Shown in pieces: positions 1 through 7,974 of a stretch of DNA of 64,000 bases. The position numbers and the translations under genes were made by a program. The notes under the pieces are model-generated. The model was not told the DNA's origin. It did no database searches and saw only the letters and a program-made list of their open reading frames with translations. The stretch comes from an uncultured Candidatus Binatia bacterium (GTDB taxonomy: Bacteria > Desulfobacterota > Binatia > Binatales > Binataceae): positions 75,564-139,563 of the forward strand of contig CAYSCX010000005.1 of the NCBI GenBank assembly GCA_964429575.1, given 5' to 3'. Each line of letters opens with the position of its first letter. The first letter of the stretch is position 1.

Positions 1-240
1 GGCAAAGTCTTTGGCGCCGAAGAGCTCGGCAAGTACAAGATGGTGCTGCAATCGATCGCTATTCCGGCGCTGATGCTGCATTACACGTACTTCCACGTCG
101 ATTTCTTCGAGGCCGGTATGTTTGTGCTCTGGATCTCGATGGTCGTGAGCGTGTGGTCGGGCGTGGACTACTACGTCAAGATCATCCGCGCGATGAAGCC
201 AAAGGCCGCGCGGCCCGGCGGACGGCGCGCGGCGATTTGA
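1..240 (+). CDS. 3' end of a membrane protein, likely a CDP-alcohol phosphatidyltransferase (PgsA-like) C-terminus. The 5' end lies outside the window.
   Basis: Frame 1 is open from position 1. The hydrophobic C-terminal segment (…VLQSIAIPALMLHYTYFHVDFFEAGMFVLWISMVVSVWSGVDYYVKIIRAMKP) resembles the last TM helices of PgsA-family enzymes. The identification is by resemblance only. Confidence 0.5.
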   Translation, partial: GKVFGAEELGKYKMVLQSIAIPALMLHYTYFHVDFFEAGMFVLWISMVVSVWSGVDYYVKIIRAMKPKAARPGGRRAAI

Positions 241-292
241 CAGGTCTCGCGTTCGCGGCTAATTCGTCTTACCCTTGGTAGTGACGCGGCGA

Positions 293-368
293 GCGGGTGT
301 AGCTCAGTTGGTAGAGCGCGACCTTGCCAAGGTCGAAGTCGCCGGTTCGAGACCGGTCACCCGCTCCA
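293..368 (+). tRNA. tRNA-Gly (anticodon GCC)
   Basis: Cloverleaf readable by eye. Acceptor GCGGGTG/CACCCGC, D-arm GCTCAGTTGGTAGAGC, anticodon stem CGACC/GGTCG with loop TTGCCAA, T-arm GCCGG-TTCGAGA-CCGGT, discriminator T and an encoded CCA. Confidence 0.9.
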
Positions 369-455
369 CCCCAACCTCCGCTGGCCCCAAAGTGATCAAC
401 GTCACGCGATCCGGGCGATCGCGTGGCCGGCGCCGATGCGGTCTGCGCGTCAAAG

Positions 456-902
456 CTAAGGCCGCAGTCGTTCGCGATGATACGAGAGATATATCGCCGT
501 TCCGACTGACCCCGTCAGCGCGATCACCAGATAGCCCACGATGAACCTCACCGGCGGTCGCGGCCCCACGTACAGAAACCAGAACAGCACCAGGTTGAAC
601 GGCACATAGAAAGCGTACGCAACCGAAAGTGGGAGCACCCATCGCTTCATCGTCCAGAGCCCATACGCGTATGCGGCGAGGACCAGTCCGAAGAGCGGAC
701 CGAACACGGCATTCGAGCCGACATTTGCGAGTCTCACGCCGAAGATAACCAGCCCCTTGGTCGGATCGTTCGCGAACTGCAGTGCCTTGGTGAAGTTGGA
801 GAGCGCGAGCACGGCGATCAGCACCGCGAAGACGGTCAAAAACAGCCCGCGCTTGCCCACGTCGGTCGCGCCGGCCGACTGCTCTTTGTCGTCCACGTTC
901 AT
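456..902 (-). CDS. integral membrane protein of unknown function (about 4 TM helices)
   Basis: ORF 456..965 on the minus strand. An internal ATG at 902 is preceded by GGGGAGG (a good SD). The product is strongly hydrophobic with several predicted TM segments. Confidence 0.55.
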   Translation of the reverse strand: MNVDDKEQSAGATDVGKRGLFLTVFAVLIAVLALSNFTKALQFANDPTKGLVIFGVRLANVGSNAVFGPLFGLVLAAYAYGLWTMKRWVLPLSVAYAFYVPFNLVLFWFLYVGPRPPVRFIVGYLVIALTGSVGTAIYLSYHRERLRP

Positions 903-924
903 CCTCCCCGAAACAGGCGTCGTA

Positions 925-1338
925 TCAGCCAGGCATCTTTTGGAACTTGGGCAGGTCCGGCGCAACCGGCGCCCATTTCGGCGCGCTCGCCATATAGATG
1001 TTGAACGCCGGCTTGAACTGATTGGGATCGTCGAGGCTCCCGACCCGAATTTCGATTTGGTCCGGCATCGATTCGAGCACCGAGATGAGCGGTGAGCCGC
1101 AGTTGGTGCAGAAGCCCCGGCTGAGCTTCTTGCCGCTGTCGGCGGTAACTTCGTAATGCTTGACTTGGCCCTTGGTCAGCTTGAAGCCCGCCTTCGGAAC
1201 GAACATGCCGGATGAATTCGAGCCGCCGCTGGAATACTGGCAGTCCCTGCAGTAGCAGTGGCCTGACATTCCCGGATCGCCCGTGGACTCATATCGAACT
1301 GCTCCGCACATGCACCCGCCGGTCAGGTTCGTTGCCAT
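925..1338 (-). CDS. GFA-family (glutathione-dependent formaldehyde-activating / CENP-V-like) zinc-binding protein
   Basis: Cys-rich N-terminus with the GFA-family pattern CMCGAVRYE…CYCRDCQ…CTNCGSPL. The most plausible start is MATNLTGG at 1338. Confidence 0.7.
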   Translation of the reverse strand: MATNLTGGCMCGAVRYESTGDPGMSGHCYCRDCQYSSGGSNSSGMFVPKAGFKLTKGQVKHYEVTADSGKKLSRGFCTNCGSPLISVLESMPDQIEIRVGSLDDPNQFKPAFNIYMASAPKWAPVAPDLPKFQKMPG

Positions 1339-1696
1339 ACGCGTGGCCTCCGTTTGACGATGCATCGCACGCGCGCGCCGCCAGAGTCAACCTCGCGCTT
1401 TGTCAGACACGCGCGCTTGACGAACGGCGCCGGGTCGCGTGGATTATTGGCCGGTCGCCATCAATGGAGGTCTCCGATGCGCGTGGTTGACTTGTCAATT
1501 GAGGATCGCGTCGCAATCGCGACCCGCCTTTTCAACGGAATCTGCCGCCATTGCAATCGCACTTGACGAGCACTTTCCCGACGCCACGATTGCCGCTCGC
1601 GGCCGCGCCGTCACCGCACTCGGTGCTTCCGTGAGCAAGGGCGTATCCGCCGGGCGCTTGCAGGCATCGCTGAGGACGGCATGCGTAAAGCTCTGC

Positions 1697-2710
1697 GTGC
1701 CGGCCTGCGCACTCGCTTGGCTTGTCGTAGCGCCCGGGCTTTCCTACGCCGCACATGTGGGCGAGGCGGGCGACGGCAGCCACCGTCACGACGGGGAGGA
1801 GACGAGCCAGGACGTAAGCCCGGCGTCGACCGGACCAACCCACGAGCGGCCGTTCTTGCATCAGAGATTTCTGCGGGCACTAACCGCTTCGTTGGTGAAC
1901 TTCTACCCGCCCGATTCCCGGCGCAAGGATCTCGGCTTCACTGATTTCTTCACTCACGGCTGGACAGCCGGTTGGACCGAGCCCGACGAAGGTCCGGATC
2001 ACGCACCACGTTTCCGCCTGCTCCGCATCCAGCGGGCGTTTTGGGAACGGGAACTCCGCCTCACCTATAACTTTGCGCTCCGAAGTGGCGGGCAATCTGC
2101 CGATGAGCAGGAAGGCGAGTTTGAGCTGGAACTTCCGATCAGTCGCCGCTTGCTGATCGAGTTCGAGGGTGGCGCTGCCGGCTCGAAGCCCGCTGGCCAA
2201 CCCTGGCGTTGGCGTGCCGGCGACCTGAAGATCATTCCCGAGGTGATGCTGGCAGAGAGCCGTGCTCTCTCGTTTTCGTCGGGTCTGGTCGTTCGCACCC
2301 CGACCGGCGGCCAAGCCGTCGGGCAGGGACGCGCGAGCCTCACCCCTTACCTCGCCCTGTGGAAGGACCTCGGGCATCGGGTCGCGTTGCATACGTTGAT
2401 AGGCGGCGAGTTCGCGCTAGACGGTTTCGAAAGACCCGTGCCGGACGCGATCTTTCAATACGCGATTGCTCCGACCGTCACTGTGACGAGCAGGGACAAA
2501 CCCTATCTCGGCGACTTGACGTTCTTTATCGAGACAAACGGTCGGACGAACTTCGGTGATGGAAGGGACCAGACCGCCGTGACCTTGCTGCCCGGTGCGC
2601 GGTGGATGGTGCTGAAGGACGTCTGGCTGGCCGTGGGATACGAAATACCTGTCACGGACGCTCGGGAGTTCGACGGTCGATTCTGGCTGAGCCTCTATCT
2701 GGATTTCTAG
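1697..2710 (+). CDS. putative secreted / outer-membrane beta-barrel protein (MetA-pathway or transporter-like OMP). The start is uncertain and a frameshift is likely near 1720.
   Basis: Long ORF 1439..2710 with alternating amphipathic segments. The C-terminus ends in an aromatic residue (…RFWLSLYLDF), typical of OMP beta-barrels. The signal-peptide-like segment LAWLVVAPGLSYA/AHV is in frame 2. An SD-preceded ATG at 1681 (GAGGAcggcATG, giving MRKALRAGLRTRLA…) is in frame 1. A GTG at 1697 is the alternative in-frame start. Confidence 0.55.
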   Translation: MPACALAWLVVAPGLSYAAHVGEAGDGSHRHDGEETSQDVSPASTGPTHERPFLHQRFLRALTASLVNFYPPDSRRKDLGFTDFFTHGWTAGWTEPDEGPDHAPRFRLLRIQRAFWERELRLTYNFALRSGGQSADEQEGEFELELPISRRLLIEFEGGAAGSKPAGQPWRWRAGDLKIIPEVMLAESRALSFSSGLVVRTPTGGQAVGQGRASLTPYLALWKDLGHRVALHTLIGGEFALDGFERPVPDAIFQYAIAPTVTVTSRDKPYLGDLTFFIETNGRTNFGDGRDQTAVTLLPGARWMVLKDVWLAVGYEIPVTDAREFDGRFWLSLYLDF

Positions 2711-2715
2711 CAGGT

Positions 2716-2738
2716 TGTTGAAAATGCGCTTTTCAACA
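2716..2738. promoter_or_regulatory. perfect 9-bp inverted repeat (TGTTGAAAA-TGCGC-TTTTCAACA), a candidate operator about 55 bp upstream of the SRAP/yedK start
   Basis: The palindrome was read directly. It is AT-rich in a GC-rich genome, and no T-tract follows it, so a terminator is unlikely. It lies between the OMP gene stop (2710) and the yedK ATG (2794). Confidence 0.3.
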
Positions 2739-2793
2739 GCCTTGTATGTTGGAGATTTGGTACAAGGATCAAAGCAGGAGGCGCGGCTGAGTC

Positions 2794-3468
2794 ATGTGCG
2801 GACGATACACGCTAACGCGACGCGACAAGTTCGAGGTCGCCGCCGAACTCGGCGTCCCGGTTGAACAGCTCGAGAACTACCACCCGCGATTCAACATCGC
2901 GCCGCTCCAGCGCTCTTTCGTGTTGCGCAAACACGAGGGCGCTCGCGAGGCGCTCGAGGCACGCTGGGGACTCGTCAACCGTTGGGCGAAGGACAACTCG
3001 ATGGCGTCGAAGTGCATCAACGCGCGCTCGGAGACCGTCGAACAGCGCCCCGCGTTTCGCGACGCGTTTCAGAAACGACGCTGCCTCGTCCCCGCCGATG
3101 GCTTCTACGAGTGGACCGGTCCGAAAGGCAAGCGCCAACCCATCTGGATACATCGATCCGACGGCAAGCTGCTCTACCTCGCAGGCTTATACGAAGCGTG
3201 GCAGGCGAAGCCGGGCGAGTGGGAGACCACCTACACGATCCTCACTTGCGCTCCGAACAAAACCTTGGAGCCCATTCACAATCGCATGCCCGTAATTCTA
3301 CAAGGCGATGCTCTCGAGGAGTGGATCAATCCGGAGCATCGCGAGGTCGCCGATTTGAAGCAGGTGCTCGTGCCCGCGCCCGACGATCTGCTCGTCACGC
3401 AGGCCGCGTCGCCGCGCGTCAATAGCGGCCGCATCGACGATCCCGATCTGCTCGATCCGAGCAAGTAG
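2794..3468 (+). CDS. yedK: SOS response-associated peptidase (SRAP / YedK family, abasic-site processing protein)
   Basis: Begins MCGRY, with the catalytic Cys2 following the initiator Met. The SRAP/DUF159 signature is conserved throughout (…RFNIAPLQ…, …RCLVPADGFYEW…, HNRMPVIL). AGGAGG SD 8 nt upstream. Confidence 0.9.
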   Translation: MCGRYTLTRRDKFEVAAELGVPVEQLENYHPRFNIAPLQRSFVLRKHEGAREALEARWGLVNRWAKDNSMASKCINARSETVEQRPAFRDAFQKRRCLVPADGFYEWTGPKGKRQPIWIHRSDGKLLYLAGLYEAWQAKPGEWETTYTILTCAPNKTLEPIHNRMPVILQGDALEEWINPEHREVADLKQVLVPAPDDLLVTQAASPRVNSGRIDDPDLLDPSK

Positions 3469-3518
3469 CGTCGCCGCCCGCCTTTGCTCTATTACGCCGA
3501 TCGGCGAATCGCAATGCG

Positions 3519-6230
3519 TTGAGCGAGACGATGGTTCGTGCCACAACCACCAACACCGTGAACACCCCAACGTATCCGGCGCACACGACTCCGTGGCACC
3601 TGCGCAGTGTTGACCAGGTCCTTGAGTCGCTCGGCGCCTCGGCCGCTGCGGGACTTGATACCGCCGAGGTCGTGCGGCGGCTCGCCACCTACGGCCCCAA
3701 TTCCATCGAGGAGGCGCGGCGGCGCTCGACCCTTCGCATGCTGCTCGATCAGTTCACCGACTTCATGGTGCTGGTCTTGATTGCGGCGGCGGTTGTCTCG
3801 GGCATGCTCGGAGAACCCCAAGACACCATCGCGATCGTCGTCATCGTGGTGCTGAACGCCGCGCTCGGATTCGTCCAGGAGTATCGCGCCGAACGCGCCG
3901 TCGCTGCACTGAAGGAAATGGCGGCGCCGACTGCGCGAGTCAGGCGCGGCGGAACGGTCCAGACCATCGTCGCGCCGGAGCTGGTTCCCGGCGATATCGT
4001 GCTCCTCGAGGCCGGTAACGTGGTCCCGGCCGACCTGCGGCTCGTCGAGGCCGCGCAGCTCAAGGTCGATGAGTCCGCGCTCACCGGCGAGTCGCATCCC
4101 GTCGAGAAATTGACCGGCGCCCTCCATGAACCAGATCTCCCGCTCGGCGACCGGATCAACCTCGCCTTCAAGGGCACCCTGGTTACGTACGGGCGCGGGG
4201 TTGCGGTCGTGATCGGTACCGGCATGCAGACCGAGCTGGGCCGCGTCGCCGCGTTGATCCAAGAGGCGGGCGATCCACGCACGCCCCTTCAGAAGCGCTT
4301 GGCGCAGTTCGGGCAGCGCCTGGCGCTCGGTATCCTCGCCATCTGCGCGTTCATCTTCGCCACGGGCGTGCTGCGCGGCGAGGCGGGCGTGCTGATGCTG
4401 CTCACCGCGCTCAGCCTCGCGGTGGCCGCGATTCCAGAAGCGTTGCCCGCCGTGGTCAGTGTCTCGCTGGCACTGGGCGCGCGCAAAATGGTGGCGAAGC
4501 ACGCGCTCATTCGCCGCCTTCCAGCGGTCGAGAGCCTCGGCTCCGTCACCTACATCTGCTCGGACAAGACCGGCACTCTCACCCAAAATCGCATGGAGGT
4601 GCGCGCGTTCTACGCCGGCGGCGAGATTCACCACGAACCTCCAGCGACCGCGCCCACCGACGGACCGTGGCCGCTGCTCTTCACCGCGCTAGCGCTCTGC
4701 AACGACGCCGAGCGCTCCGCGGGTTCCGCGGTCGAGGGTGACCCAACCGAAATCGCGCTCTTCAATGCCGCCGCAAATGCCGGATTCGAGAAGGCGCAAC
4801 TGCAGAAGCGTATGCCGCGCATCGACGAAATTCCCTTCTCATCGGAAACCGGCCGCATGACCACCGTCCACCGCGATGGCGCCCGCATCGTGGCGTTCAC
4901 CAAGGGCGCTCCCGAACGTGTTATCGAATGTTGCAGCGAGCAACTTACCGCCGCCGGTCGCGAAGCTATCGACACCGCCGCGATCTTGCGCGCCGCCGAA
5001 CAGATGGCCGCCGAAGGACACCGCGTGCTCGCGGTTGCGTATCGCAAGCTCGACGCTCCGCACGGCGATCGTCCGCGCGAGGCGCTTCACACCGGGCTCA
5101 CTTTGCTGGGACTGGTCGGGCTGCTCGATCCGCCGCGCCCCGAGGCGCGCGAGGCGGTCGCCCTGTGTCAGTCCGCCGGAATCCACGTCGTGATGATCAC
5201 CGGCGACCACCCTGCGACCGCGCGGGCCATCGCGCACCAACTCGGCATCATCGAAAAATCCGACGGCGTGATCACCGGCCAACAGTTCGCGCGGATGAGC
5301 GAGGAGGAACTCCAGCAGCGCGTCACCGACACCCGCGTTTACGCGCGCGTCGCGCCCGAGCACAAGATCGACATCGTCCGCGCGCTCCAGGAGCGAGGCG
5401 AGTTCGTCGCGATGACGGGCGACGGTGTCAACGATGCGCCTGCTCTGCGACGCTCCGACGTCGGCGTCGCGATGGGCAAAATTGGCACCGACGTGGCGCG
5501 CGAGGCCGCCGACATGGTGCTGCTCGACGACAACTTCGCCACCATTGTTGCGGCCGTCCGCGAGGGGCGGCGCATCTTCGATAATATCCGCAAGTTCGTC
5601 AGATATGCGCTTAGTGGCAACTCGGGCGAAATCTGGTCGCTGTTCCTTGCGCCCTTCGTCGGACTGCCAGTGCCGCTGCTTCCGATACACATCTTGTGGA
5701 TCAACCTCGTCACCGACGGCCTGCCGGGGCTTGCGCTGGCGGTGGAGCCGGAAGAACGCCACCTCATGGACCGTCCGCCGCGCCATCCGCAGGAGAGCAT
5801 CTTCGCGCACGGTCTATGGCAACACACGGTGTGGGTCGGCCTGCTGATGGGCGGAGTGACGCTTCTAACCCAGGCGTGGTCCTACACCACGGGCTCGGCG
5901 CACTGGCAGAGCATGACCTTCACCGTACTGACGCTTTCGCAGATGAGTCACGTGCTCGCGATTCGATCGGATCGCGACTCGCTGTTTCGCCAAGGGCTGA
6001 TGTCGAACACCCCGCTGCTCGGTGCCGTGCTGCTGACGTTCATCCTGCAGATGGCGACGCTCTACGTGCCGGTCTTCAATGATGTGTTCAAGACCCAGCC
6101 GCTTGACTGGGATGAGCTTGCGCTGTGTCTGGTGCTCTCGTCGGTCGTCTTCTTCGCGGTCGAGATCGAGAAGGTTCTAATTCGGCGCGGCTTGCTCTAC
6201 GGCGCGCCCGCTCGCGAATTCAAAACGTGA
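3519..6230 (+). CDS. P-type (P2) cation-transporting ATPase, Ca2+/Mg2+-type
   Basis: 903 aa. Phosphorylation motif ICSDKTGTLT, TGES actuator motif (LTGES), hinge MTGDGVNDAPAL, MITGD, about 10 TM helices and an N-terminal cation-ATPase_N-like segment. Start is TTG at 3519 or ATG at 3531. Confidence 0.9.
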   Translation: MSETMVRATTTNTVNTPTYPAHTTPWHLRSVDQVLESLGASAAAGLDTAEVVRRLATYGPNSIEEARRRSTLRMLLDQFTDFMVLVLIAAAVVSGMLGEPQDTIAIVVIVVLNAALGFVQEYRAERAVAALKEMAAPTARVRRGGTVQTIVAPELVPGDIVLLEAGNVVPADLRLVEAAQLKVDESALTGESHPVEKLTGALHEPDLPLGDRINLAFKGTLVTYGRGVAVVIGTGMQTELGRVAALIQEAGDPRTPLQKRLAQFGQRLALGILAICAFIFATGVLRGEAGVLMLLTALSLAVAAIPEALPAVVSVSLALGARKMVAKHALIRRLPAVESLGSVTYICSDKTGTLTQNRMEVRAFYAGGEIHHEPPATAPTDGPWPLLFTALALCNDAERSAGSAVEGDPTEIALFNAAANAGFEKAQLQKRMPRIDEIPFSSETGRMTTVHRDGARIVAFTKGAPERVIECCSEQLTAAGREAIDTAAILRAAEQMAAEGHRVLAVAYRKLDAPHGDRPREALHTGLTLLGLVGLLDPPRPEAREAVALCQSAGIHVVMITGDHPATARAIAHQLGIIEKSDGVITGQQFARMSEEELQQRVTDTRVYARVAPEHKIDIVRALQERGEFVAMTGDGVNDAPALRRSDVGVAMGKIGTDVAREAADMVLLDDNFATIVAAVREGRRIFDNIRKFVRYALSGNSGEIWSLFLAPFVGLPVPLLPIHILWINLVTDGLPGLALAVEPEERHLMDRPPRHPQESIFAHGLWQHTVWVGLLMGGVTLLTQAWSYTTGSAHWQSMTFTVLTLSQMSHVLAIRSDRDSLFRQGLMSNTPLLGAVLLTFILQMATLYVPVFNDVFKTQPLDWDELALCLVLSSVVFFAVEIEKVLIRRGLLYGAPAREFKT

Positions 6231-6333
6231 GAGACAGGCCCGCGTATGCTGGCCGTATATCTCGTCGCGATTTGGACGGTGTACGCGCACAGCGGTGGAT
6301 CGTAGCCGGCGCGCTCGCTATCGCCGTCGCAGG

Positions 6334-6810
6334 TCAGCGTTTCTTCGCGCGTTTCTGCGGCCTCGGCGCGGGCGCGGGCATCGTCCGAACCGTAAGCACC
6401 GGACACGCCGCCCCGCGCACCACGCGCTCAGCGACGCTTCCCATGACCAGGTGCCCGAGTCCGGTGCGGCCGTGCGTCGAAATGACGATCAAATCCGCGC
6501 GCATGCGCCGCGCGAAATCAATGATCGTCTGATGCACAATTCCAAAATGGATCTCGGCGCGCGCCCGAATCCGGCGTTGCTTCAAACGCGCCTGAAGACG
6601 CGTGAGCTCGCGCGACGCGATTCTGCGCTGCTCCTCGAGCAGCACCGTCGGCTCGGGTATGAAACGTGGCACCGCGTAGCTCATCGGTTCTATTACGTGA
6701 ATCAGAATAATTTCCGGCCGATGCGGTGCGAAGTATTCAAGCGCCTTTTCCAGCGCCTTCACTGACGAGGTCGAAAAATCAACTGGCACCACGATTCGTC
6801 GTACTGGCAT
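6334..6810 (-). CDS. uspA: universal stress protein (UspA family)
   Basis: UspA fold signature: N-terminal …VRRIVVPVDFSTSS… and C-terminal motif GSVAERVVRGAACPVLTV. The internal ATG at 6810 is preceded by GGGAG. The longer ORF to 6972 adds only an Arg-rich, non-homologous extension. Confidence 0.8.
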   Translation of the reverse strand: MPVRRIVVPVDFSTSSVKALEKALEYFAPHRPEIILIHVIEPMSYAVPRFIPEPTVLLEEQRRIASRELTRLQARLKQRRIRARAEIHFGIVHQTIIDFARRMRADLIVISTHGRTGLGHLVMGSVAERVVRGAACPVLTVRTMPAPAPRPQKRAKKR

Positions 6811-7041
6811 TAACTCGTGCTCCCGGTAGTTTGCGGCTCCGCTGCCGCTGCGGCATCGTACTTTTCTCAACGTGGCTGTGTCCATGTCCGGCGGCGCTTT
6901 CAAATGGCGGACAAATGCGCGCGCGCTCCTTGCAAGTCTCGTCAAGCGCACGTTACCTTGCGCGTGTCTCATTCAAGGGCTTCGGCGGGGCGGCCGAAGC
7001 GCAGCCGCCGGCGGATTCATTCCGCCCGGCGCGATTGAACC

Positions 7042-7974
7042 ATGCCCGGCCTCGACACGTTCAACCCTGCCTCGCCCGAGGCTCAGGCAATCGCGAGGTT
7101 GTTCGGCCGAACGCTGGTCGTCATGGCGGCGATCTTTGTATTTGTCGCCGCGCTAATCACGATCGCGATTGTCCGCTACGGCGCCCGGCCCGGTGCGCCC
7201 GAGCCCGCGCAGGACTTCGGCTCATTGCGGCTCGAGATCGCATGGACGATCGGTCCGGTCGTCATCGTCATCCTCCTTTTCGGTTTCACTGTTCACGCGA
7301 TGCGAACAGCGGACCCGCCGAAGACGGACCGTGCGCCCGACCTCCGCGTCGTCGGACACCAGTGGTGGTGGCAAGTTGACTACCTCCAATCGGGCGTCGT
7401 TACCGCGAATGAAATTCACATCCCGACCGGGCAGCGACTGCTCGTGGAACTTCACTCCGCCGATGTGATTCACGATTTTTGGGTTCCGCGCTTGGCCCGC
7501 AAGATCGACGTGATTCCCGGCCGCGCGAACCGCGTGTGGCTGCGCGCCGACGAGCCGGGTGTGTACGAGGGCGCGTGCGCGGAGTTCTGCGGCAACCAGC
7601 ACGCATGGATGCGATTTATCGTGGTCGCGCATACACCCGATGAATTCACCGCGTGGCAGTCGATGATGCTGCACGTCCCGGCGGTCCCCAGCTCCGGCAT
7701 CGCGGCGCGCGGCGCGCAGATCTTCCGCGACCAGGCATGCATCAATTGCCACACCATTGTCGGTACGCCCGGCAATCAGCGCATCGGTCCCGACCTGACC
7801 CATCTCGCCACGCGCAGAATCATCGCCGGCGGCGCGGCTGAAAATACGCCCGGGAATCTCGCGCGGTGGCTCGCAGACCCGAACTCGATTAAACCCGCGA
7901 GCCACATGCCGAACTTTCAGCTCAACAAATCTGACGTTGCCGCGCTGGTCGCATACATGGAGACGCTCAGGTGA
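7042..7974 (+). CDS. coxB: cytochrome c oxidase subunit II with fused C-terminal cytochrome c domain (caa3-type CoxB/CtaC)
   Basis: CuA centre ligands (H…CAEFCGNQHAWM), two N-terminal TM helices and a C-terminal CINCH heme-c motif (ACINCHTIVG). Confidence 0.9.
   Translation: MPGLDTFNPASPEAQAIARLFGRTLVVMAAIFVFVAALITIAIVRYGARPGAPEPAQDFGSLRLEIAWTIGPVVIVILLFGFTVHAMRTADPPKTDRAPDLRVVGHQWWWQVDYLQSGVVTANEIHIPTGQRLLVELHSADVIHDFWVPRLARKIDVIPGRANRVWLRADEPGVYEGACAEFCGNQHAWMRFIVVAHTPDEFTAWQSMMLHVPAVPSSGIAARGAQIFRDQACINCHTIVGTPGNQRIGPDLTHLATRRIIAGGAAENTPGNLARWLADPNSIKPASHMPNFQLNKSDVAALVAYMETLR

Noticed and set aside
3492-4634. 380-aa minus-strand ORF antisense to the P-type ATPase gene
   Set aside because: It lies entirely inside a strongly conserved coding region on the other strand. 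The product is Arg/His/Gly-rich low-complexity with no motif. This is the typical spurious antisense ORF of high-GC DNA.
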